The notes below the pieces were generated by a model, which saw only the letters and a program-made list of their open reading frames with translations, did not search any database and was not told the origin of the DNA. From an uncultured Acidobacteriota bacterium (GTDB lineage: Bacteria; Acidobacteriota; Thermoanaerobaculia; Multivoradales; UBA5704): a stretch of 64,000 nt of DNA. Positions 57,536-64,000 of this stretch are shown in pieces (positions within the stretch are counted from its first letter, which is position 1; each line of letters starts with the position of its first letter). The translations under genes were made by a program, and so were the position numbers. The DNA is taken from NCBI GenBank assembly GCA_963700145.1, contig OY969474.1, positions 4,704,001-4,768,000 of the forward strand. Reading direction: 5' to 3'.

Positions 57536-60499
57536 ATGAAGGCGATCTGCGCTGCCCTCACTTCTCTCCTCGCGCTGCTCGCAGCGCTCCCGGCCGCGGC
57601 GCAGCCCGCCTGCGCCGCCGAGCAGGCGCGGCCGCTGCTGCCGGCCGATCCGGCGCTCTGCGAGCGGCTGGCGCCGGTGGTGCGGCGGCCCGGTGCGCTG
57701 CCGCTCGCCGAGTACGAGGAGAAGCTGGGCGACTTCCTCCGCGCCTTCTGCCACCGCGACGCGGCGAAGGGATGGAAGCGCGACAAGGGGGTGCGCGACA
57801 CCGGGCCCTTCACCGCCGCGCTGGCCGACGGGAAGTGGACGGGCACCTACCGCGGCACGCACGCGCCGGTCGTCGTCTGGTACTCGCAGGAGATGGTGGA
57901 CTGGATGCGGGCCAACCGCCCGGTCGACGGGCGCGCGGCGCCGGCCGCGCCGGCGCCGGTCCCGGACGGGGCGGTGATGGTCAAGGAGATGTTCCCGGCG
58001 CCGGGCGCGGCGTGCGCCGGCGTCGATCCGCTGCGCCTGTTGCCGACGAGCGGCGCCGCGGTGATGGTGCGCGACCGGCAGGCCTCGCAGGACGGCTGGT
58101 TCTGGGGCTGGTTCGGCTGGAGCGGCTGGACGCCCGACTGGCCGCCCGACGCCACCAACCGCTACCCCTTCATGGGCTTCGGGCAGTACTGCGTCAACTG
58201 CCACGCCTCGGCGCGCGACGAGCTCACCTTCGCCAGCCTGACCAACGTCGAGGGGGAGCCGGGGGAGCCGCTGGTCTTCCTGTCGCAGCACTTCTTCGAT
58301 CCGGGGCCGGTCGCCAGCCACCACCGCGAGATCGCGCTCCCCACCGACGACGCACCGCGCCTCGGCCAGCCGCACTACCTCTACCGCAGCTCGATCACCG
58401 GCGCGTTCCCCGCCGGCGGCCTGCCGCGGCCGAGCTGGGAGACGGTGGTGCCGCTCCCCTCGCAGACCTACGACGAGGTGTGGGTGAAATCCGGCGCTGT
58501 CACCGCGGCGAGCGAGTTCGTGACCTCGTCGCAGTGCCTAGGCTGCCACGACGCGGGGGCCACCGGCCTGCAGTTCGACATGACGGAGCCCAACCCGCAC
58601 GGCAACAACCTCCTGAACCTCTCCCCCTACGCCACCTGGCGCACCTCGCCGATGGGGCTCGGCGGCCGCGACCCGGTTTTCTACGCCCAGCTCGCGAGCG
58701 AGACCGAGACCTTCCATCCCGAGGCCTCCGAGACGCTCCAGGGGGTCTGCTTCGGCTGCCACGGCGTGGCGGGACAGCGGCAGTTCGAGATCGACCACGG
58801 CGCCGGCGGCGGCGAGAGCGGCGAGGAGTGCGAGCCCTTCCTGCGCCGGACCGCGAGCGCCGTCCCCTGGCCGCCCGACAACCCGCTGGCGGCGCTGGCG
58901 CCCTACGGCGCGCTCGCCCGCGACGGCATCAACTGCGGCTCCTGCCACCACATGCTGGCCGGCGACGGGCCCGAGCACCCCGCCCTGATGCGGCCGGAGA
59001 ACCGCTGCGTCAAGGAGCGGCAGGACTTCCTGAACCCGCACAACACGGGCTTCGCCAAGACCTTCACCGGCAGCTTCCTGGTCGGGCCGCCGGACGAGCT
59101 GAACGGGCAATTCGCCGAGCCCAGGACGAAGCCGATGGAGGGGGCGCTGGGGATCAAGCCGCTGCACACCACGGCCATCCAGAGCTCCGAGCTCTGCGGC
59201 AGCTGCCACACGGTCCACCTGCCGGTCATGGCCAAGGGCGGCAAGGTCGTCGGCCACGTCTACGAGCAGGCGACCTACCCGGAGTGGGCGTTCAGCGCCT
59301 ACCGCACCGGCACGACGCCGCAGGGGAAGCTCCCGGGTGGCGCCGGCGCGCGCGCCGAGTCCTGCCAGAGCTGCCACATGCCGAGCAAGGACGCCGCCGG
59401 CCGCCCCTACCGCAGCAAGATCGCCGGCATCCAGGAGCACAGCAACTTCCCGCAGGCGGAGCACGCGCTGGGGCCGGAGGAGATCGACCTGCCGGTGCGC
59501 GAGGGCTTCGCCCGCCACACCCTCGTCGGGCTCAACCTCTTCTTCGTCAAGATGGCGCAGCAGTTCCCCGACGTCCTGGGGATCCGCACGCAGGACCCGA
59601 TGCTGGTCAGCCGCGGGCTCGACCCGCTCCTCTTCACCGAGCAGGCGATGCTCGACCAGGCGTCGAACGACACGGCGAAGATCGCCGTCGAGAAGGTCGC
59701 GACGAAGGGCGGCAAGCTCGCGGCGACGGTGCGGGTGACGAGCGACGTCGGCCATCGCTTCCCCTCGGGCGTGGGCTTCCGCCGCGCCTTCCTGGAGTTC
59801 GCGGTGCTGGACGGCAGCGGCAACGTCCTCTGGGCTTCGGGGCGCACCAACGGCGCCGGGGTGATCGTCGACGAGCGGGGTCAGCCGGTGGCGGGGGAGC
59901 TGTGGTGGCAGGACGACTGCTCGGCGCGGCTGCATCCGGACGAGCTGGTCTACCAGCCGCACCACCAGGTGATCCGCCGCCAGGACCAGGCGCAGATCTA
60001 CCAGGAACTGGTGAGCTCGCCGCCGCCGGTCGAGGACCCGAAGTGCGGGCTCGACGTGCCCATCCGGCCGCCGCTGACCACGAGCTTCCTCTCGATCTGC
60101 GGCCGGGTGAAGGACAACCGCATCCTCCCCGATGGCCTCCTGCCGCTCGCCGAGCGCAAGCGCATCGCCCGCGCCCTCGGCGCCGGCGACGACCTGGCGC
60201 GCGAAATCGAGGCCTTCAACGTCGGCGGCGATCCCGACTACGTCCGCGGCGGCGGCGACACGCTGGTCTACGAGGTGGACCTGGGAGAGATCGCCGGCAC
60301 CCCCGCCGCCGTCCAGGCGACGCTCTACTACCAGGCGATCCCCCCCTTCTACCTCCAGGACCGCTTCTGCACCTCGAAGAGCGAGGACACCCAGCGTCTC
60401 TACTTCCTGACCGGCCACCTCAACCTCGACGGCACCGCCGCCGCGGAGTGGAAGTTCGAGGTCGTGACCACCGGGCCGGTGGCTGTGGGAAAATCGTAG
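57536..60499 (+). CDS. Large secreted multiheme cytochrome c with N-terminal cytochrome P460-like domain (6 CxxCH)
   Basis: Signal peptide; PDGAVMVKE..VMVRD..DGWFW..CVNCH, then CLGCH, CFGCH, CGSCH, CGSCH, CQSCH; GHRFPSG. Confidence 0.8.
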   Translation: MKAICAALTSLLALLAALPAAAQPACAAEQARPLLPADPALCERLAPVVRRPGALPLAEYEEKLGDFLRAFCHRDAAKGWKRDKGVRDTGPFTAALADGKWTGTYRGTHAPVVVWYSQEMVDWMRANRPVDGRAAPAAPAPVPDGAVMVKEMFPAPGAACAGVDPLRLLPTSGAAVMVRDRQASQDGWFWGWFGWSGWTPDWPPDATNRYPFMGFGQYCVNCHASARDELTFASLTNVEGEPGEPLVFLSQHFFDPGPVASHHREIALPTDDAPRLGQPHYLYRSSITGAFPAGGLPRPSWETVVPLPSQTYDEVWVKSGAVTAASEFVTSSQCLGCHDAGATGLQFDMTEPNPHGNNLLNLSPYATWRTSPMGLGGRDPVFYAQLASETETFHPEASETLQGVCFGCHGVAGQRQFEIDHGAGGGESGEECEPFLRRTASAVPWPPDNPLAALAPYGALARDGINCGSCHHMLAGDGPEHPALMRPENRCVKERQDFLNPHNTGFAKTFTGSFLVGPPDELNGQFAEPRTKPMEGALGIKPLHTTAIQSSELCGSCHTVHLPVMAKGGKVVGHVYEQATYPEWAFSAYRTGTTPQGKLPGGAGARAESCQSCHMPSKDAAGRPYRSKIAGIQEHSNFPQAEHALGPEEIDLPVREGFARHTLVGLNLFFVKMAQQFPDVLGIRTQDPMLVSRGLDPLLFTEQAMLDQASNDTAKIAVEKVATKGGKLAATVRVTSDVGHRFPSGVGFRRAFLEFAVLDGSGNVLWASGRTNGAGVIVDERGQPVAGELWWQDDCSARLHPDELVYQPHHQVIRRQDQAQIYQELVSSPPPVEDPKCGLDVPIRPPLTTSFLSICGRVKDNRILPDGLLPLAERKRIARALGAGDDLAREIEAFNVGGDPDYVRGGGDTLVYEVDLGEIAGTPAAVQATLYYQAIPPFYLQDRFCTSKSEDTQRLYFLTGHLNLDGTAAAEWKFEVVTTGPVAVGKS

Positions 60500-60501
60500 G
60501 C

Positions 60502-60948
60502 GTGGCGACCCTCTTCGACGAACGGACGCGCGCCGGGGTGCACGCGCGGATCGACCGGCTGGAGGCGACGCGCGCGGGGCTCTGGGGGAAGATGAACGCG
60601 CCGCAGATGGTCTGCCACGCCGCCGATCAGCTGCGGGTGGCGCTGGGCGAGATCCCGACGCGGGCGCGGCCCAACTTCCTGCGCTTCCGGCCGCTGCGCC
60701 AGGTCCTCGTCTACTGGCTCCCCTGGCCGAAGGGGAAGGTGCCGACGGTGCGCGAGATGCTGACCTCGCAGCCGACGAGCTGGGACGGCGACCTCCAGAC
60801 GCTCCACGGCCTCGTCGACCGCTTCGCCGACTGCCGCCCCGAAGGGGAGTGGGCCCCGCACCCCGCCTTCGGCCCGATCGGCGGCCGCGAGTGGGGGCGC
60901 CTCTGCTACAAGCACCTCGACCACCACCTGCGGCAGTTCGCCGCCTAG
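60502..60948 (+). CDS. DUF1569 (DinB-like) protein
   Basis: RIDRL....WGKMNAPQMVCH...HPAFG....EWG...YKHLDHHLRQF. Confidence 0.85.
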   Translation: MATLFDERTRAGVHARIDRLEATRAGLWGKMNAPQMVCHAADQLRVALGEIPTRARPNFLRFRPLRQVLVYWLPWPKGKVPTVREMLTSQPTSWDGDLQTLHGLVDRFADCRPEGEWAPHPAFGPIGGREWGRLCYKHLDHHLRQFAA

Positions 60949-60975
60949 ACTCCCCGTTCTCGCGAGGTCTCCCCG

Positions 60976-62295
60976 ATGTTCGACGGTCTCCAGGGCAAGC
61001 TCCAGGAAGTGTTCCGAAACCTGCGCGGCGAGGGGAGGGTCTCCCCCGAGGCGCTGCAGGCGGCGCTGCGGCAGATCCGGCTGGCCCTCCTCGAGGCCGA
61101 CGTCCACGTGCGCGTCGTCAAGCCGTTCCTCGAGCGGGTGCGCGAGCGGGCCGAGGGGCAGGAGGTGCTGGAGAGCCTGACGCCGGCGCAGCAGGTGGTG
61201 AAGATCGTCCGCGACGAGCTGCAGGCGCTGCTCGGCGAGGAGGGCGCCGAGCTGAAACTCACCGGCCGCCCGGCGGTCGTCCTCCTCTGCGGCCTCCAGG
61301 GCTCGGGCAAGACGACCACCGCCGGCAAGCTCGCCCGCCGCCTGGCCAAGCGCGGCAAGTACCCGCTGCTGGTCGCCGCCGACCTCCAGCGCGCCGCCGC
61401 CGTCGAGCAGCTCAAGCAGGTGGGCAAAGGGGTCGAGGTGCCGGTCCTCGAGCCCTCGCCGGGGGAGGGTGTGCTCGACCTCGCCACCCGCGCCCTGGCT
61501 GTCGCCCGCCAGCGCGGCCACGATGTCCTCCTCGTGGACACCGCCGGCCGGCTGCACGTCGACGCCGAGCTGATGGACGAGCTGCGGCGGCTGGCCGAGA
61601 AGCTCCAGCCGGAGGAGACCCTCTTCGTCGCCGACTCGATGACCGGCCAGGACGCGGTCAAGAGCGCCGAGCAGTTCGCCGCCGCGCTGCCGCTGACCGG
61701 CGTCGTCCTGACCAAGCTCGACGGCGACTCGCGCGGCGGCGCGGCGCTCTCGATCCGCACCGTGGCGCGGGTGCCGATCCGCTTCGCCGGCGTCGGCGAG
61801 AAGGCGGACGACCTCGAGCTCTTCGCCCCCGAGCGCATGGCCTCGCGGATGATCGGCATGGGGGACGTGCTGTCGCTCATCGAGCGCGCCGAGAAGGGGC
61901 TCGACGCCGCCGAGACCGAGCGTCTCGCCCAGCGTTTCGCGCGCCAGGAGTTCACCCTCGAAGACCTGCGCGACCAGCTCCGCCAGCTGCGGCGGATGGG
62001 GCCGCTCGCCTCGGTCCTCGAGATGCTGCCCAAGGCGGGCCCGCTGCGCGGCCTCGACGCCGCGCAGGTGGACGAGAAGGGGCTGGTGCGGGTCGAGGCG
62101 ATCGTCAACTCGATGACCCCGCTGGAGCGCCGTCGCCCGGACGTCTTGAACGGCAGCCGCAAGAAGCGCATCGCCCAGGGCTCCGGCACCTCGGTCCAGG
62201 AGATCAACCGCCTCCTCAAGCAGTATCTCCAGATGAAGAAGATGATGAAGGGGGTCAAGGGGAAGTGGCTGCGCCGGGCGATGACCGGGATGTAG
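60976..62295 (+). CDS. ffh: Signal recognition particle protein
   Basis: ALLEADV, GLQGSGKTT, DTAGR, TKLDGD, M-domain SRKKRIAQGSG. Confidence 0.97.
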   Translation: MFDGLQGKLQEVFRNLRGEGRVSPEALQAALRQIRLALLEADVHVRVVKPFLERVRERAEGQEVLESLTPAQQVVKIVRDELQALLGEEGAELKLTGRPAVVLLCGLQGSGKTTTAGKLARRLAKRGKYPLLVAADLQRAAAVEQLKQVGKGVEVPVLEPSPGEGVLDLATRALAVARQRGHDVLLVDTAGRLHVDAELMDELRRLAEKLQPEETLFVADSMTGQDAVKSAEQFAAALPLTGVVLTKLDGDSRGGAALSIRTVARVPIRFAGVGEKADDLELFAPERMASRMIGMGDVLSLIERAEKGLDAAETERLAQRFARQEFTLEDLRDQLRQLRRMGPLASVLEMLPKAGPLRGLDAAQVDEKGLVRVEAIVNSMTPLERRRPDVLNGSRKKRIAQGSGTSVQEINRLLKQYLQMKKMMKGVKGKWLRRAMTGM

Positions 62296-62387
62296 GCCCC
62301 AGGGGCCTGTGCTACACTCGCCCGTCTTTGCGCGGGGCCCTTTTCCTGCTCGCGCTTTAGAACCAAAGACTTGGAGGTCCTGAAACG

Positions 62388-62627
62388 ATGGTGAAGATTC
62401 GGCTCCGCCGGATGGGGGCGCGCAACGCTCCGTTCTACCGGGTGGTGGTCTCCGACTCGCGCCGGGCGCCTACCGCCTCAGCGGTGGAGGAGATCGGCTG
62501 GTACGACCCCACCAAGCAGCCCGCGCAGGTCAAGATCGACGCCGGCCGCGTCGACTACTGGCTCGGCCACGGCGCGCAGCTCTCGCCCACGGTCAAGAAG
62601 CTGCTCGCCCAGCAGAAGAGTGCCTGA
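62388..62627 (+). CDS. rpsP: 30S ribosomal protein S16
   Basis: [10 protein letters not shown]...[23 protein letters not shown]. Confidence 0.96.
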   Translation: MVKIRLRRMGARNAPFYRVVVSDSRRAPTASAVEEIGWYDPTKQPAQVKIDAGRVDYWLGHGAQLSPTVKKLLAQQKSA

Positions 62628-62880
62628 CGTCCGCGTCCCCGACGTCGAGACGGCCGTCCGCGAGCTGGTCGCCCTGCTCGTGGACCGGCCGGAGGCGGTC
62701 GAGGTGACCGCCCTGCCCGAAGGGCGCGGGGTGGTCGTCCTGGAGCTGCGGGTCGCGCCCGAGGACCTGGGCAAGGTCATCGGGCGGCAGGGGCGGACCG
62801 CCCACGCCTTGCGCACCCTCCTCGACGCGCGGGGGACCCGCCGCGGCGTCGACTATGAGCTCGAGATCCTCGAAGACTGA
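62620..62880 (+). CDS. khpA: KH-domain RNA-binding protein (KhpA)
   Basis: [26 protein letters not shown]; located between rpsP and rimM. Confidence 0.9.
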   Translation: MPDVRVPDVETAVRELVALLVDRPEAVEVTALPEGRGVVVLELRVAPEDLGKVIGRQGRTAHALRTLLDARGTRRGVDYELEILED

Positions 62881-63451
62881 CCGCGGCCAGGCGCGGGCGG
62901 ACCTTCCCGAGAGGGTAACGGTGGGGCGGGTGCTCAGGCCCCACGGCCTGCGCGGCGACGTGGTCGTGGAGGTGCTCTCGGACGTGCCGGAGCGGCTCGC
63001 TGCCGGCAGCCGCCTCGCGGCGGTGGCGGACACGGAGGCGCCCGCGGCCGCCGGTAAGGCCGCGATCGAGCTCGAAGTCGCCGCCAGTCGCGCCCACAAC
63101 GCCGGGCGCCTCCTCCGCTTCGCCGGCCGCGACGACCGCGACGCGGTCGAAGAGCTGCGGGGCCTCTGGCTGACGGTCGAGCGCGCCGCGGTGCCGGCGC
63201 CGCCGGCCGGCACCTACTACCACTACCAGCTCGTCGGCTGCCGGGTGCGCGACGCCGAGGCGGGGGAGCTGGGCGAGGTGGTGGATCTGGTCGAGGACGG
63301 CGGCGGCCTCCTCCTGCTGGTCTCGGACGGCGCGCGGCAGGTGCCGGTGCCGTTCGTCGCCAGCTTCCTGGCCGAGGTGGACGTGGCGAGCGGGCGGATC
63401 GAGCTCGCGCTGCCGCCGGGGTTCCTTGAAGCGTGCGCGTCCAAGTCCTGA
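62855..63451 (+). CDS. rimM: Ribosome maturation factor RimM
   Basis: VGRVLRPHGLRG, DRDAVEELRG, YYHYQLVGC, VPFV. Confidence 0.92.
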   Translation: MSSRSSKTDRGQARADLPERVTVGRVLRPHGLRGDVVVEVLSDVPERLAAGSRLAAVADTEAPAAAGKAAIELEVAASRAHNAGRLLRFAGRDDRDAVEELRGLWLTVERAAVPAPPAGTYYHYQLVGCRVRDAEAGELGEVVDLVEDGGGLLLLVSDGARQVPVPFVASFLAEVDVASGRIELALPPGFLEACASKS

Positions 63452-64000
63452 CGATCTTCCCCGAGCTCTTCGCGCCGTTCCTGGCGACGAGCCTGGTGGG
63501 GCGGGCGGTCCAGAAGGGGCTCCTGGAGGTGGCGGTCCACGACCTCCGCGACTGGACCGAGGACCGGCACCGCAGCGTCGACGACGAGCCCTACGGCGGC
63601 GGCGGCGGGATGGTGATGACCGCGCCACCCTGGCTGCGTGCCGTCGGCGCGCTGGCGGCGGGGCGGGCCCCCTGGCGGGTGCTGCTCTCGCCGCAGGGCA
63701 AGCGCCTGGACGAGGAGGGGGTGCGGCGGCTCGCCGCCCGCGACGACCTCCTCCTCCTCTGCGGGCGCTACGAGGGGATCGACGAGCGGGTGCGCCGGCT
63801 GGCGGTGGACGAGGAGGTGTCGATCGGCGACTACGTCCTCTCGGGGGGCGAGCTGCCGGCGATGGTGCTGATCGAGGCGCTGTCGCGCCAGGTGCCGGGG
63901 GTTGTCGGGCGGGAGGAGTCGGTCGAGCGGGACAGCTTCCGCGCCGGCCTCCTCGACCACCCGCACTACACCCGGCCGCCGGAGGTCGCGGAGCTGGCGG
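63433..64000 (+). CDS. trmD: tRNA (guanine37-N1)-methyltransferase (runs off the right edge)
   Basis: VRVQVLTIFPELF, VDDEPYGGGGGMV, LSPQG, LCGRYEGIDER, SIGDYVLSGGE. Confidence 0.95.
   Translation, partial: MRVQVLTIFPELFAPFLATSLVGRAVQKGLLEVAVHDLRDWTEDRHRSVDDEPYGGGGGMVMTAPPWLRAVGALAAGRAPWRVLLSPQGKRLDEEGVRRLAARDDLLLLCGRYEGIDERVRRLAVDEEVSIGDYVLSGGELPAMVLIEALSRQVPGVVGREESVERDSFRAGLLDHPHYTRPPEVAELA

Overview
Very GC-rich bacterial chromosome segment. Acidobacteriota (Thermoanaerobaculia-like) is inferred from the IPTL-CTERM sorting tag, GC content and gene order, not proven. Two housekeeping blocks flank a ~26 kb accessory region. Left block: thiL, lon, hsp20, nrdR, an orphan MglA-like GTPase, and CIRCE-hrcA-grpE-dnaK-dnaJ-(CocE)-prmA-rsmE. 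Right block: ilvE-pilT-recX-alaS, slt-pgsA-MMPL, pyk, ffh-rpsP-khpA-rimM-trmD. The accessory region (~15.7-41.5 kb) is bracketed by two ~92%-identical, same-strand GSU2403-type nucleotidyltransferase genes, each with the same upstream palindrome. Inside it, cargo modules are repeatedly flanked by slightly diverged direct repeats of a neighbouring gene's end, with no integrase or transposase in the window: an H-NOX 5' end, a triplicated glycogen-debranching 3' end, and a 115-bp gene 3' end around an MtrAB/MtoAB + MtoD-like + CymA-like electron conduit. Also present: two unrelated 21-bp-periodic palindromic arrays downstream of toxin-like genes, a REP-like repeat family, three type II TA modules, sigma54-type promoters and a cytochrome P460-multiheme fusion. 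No rRNA, tRNA or CRISPR array was recognised.
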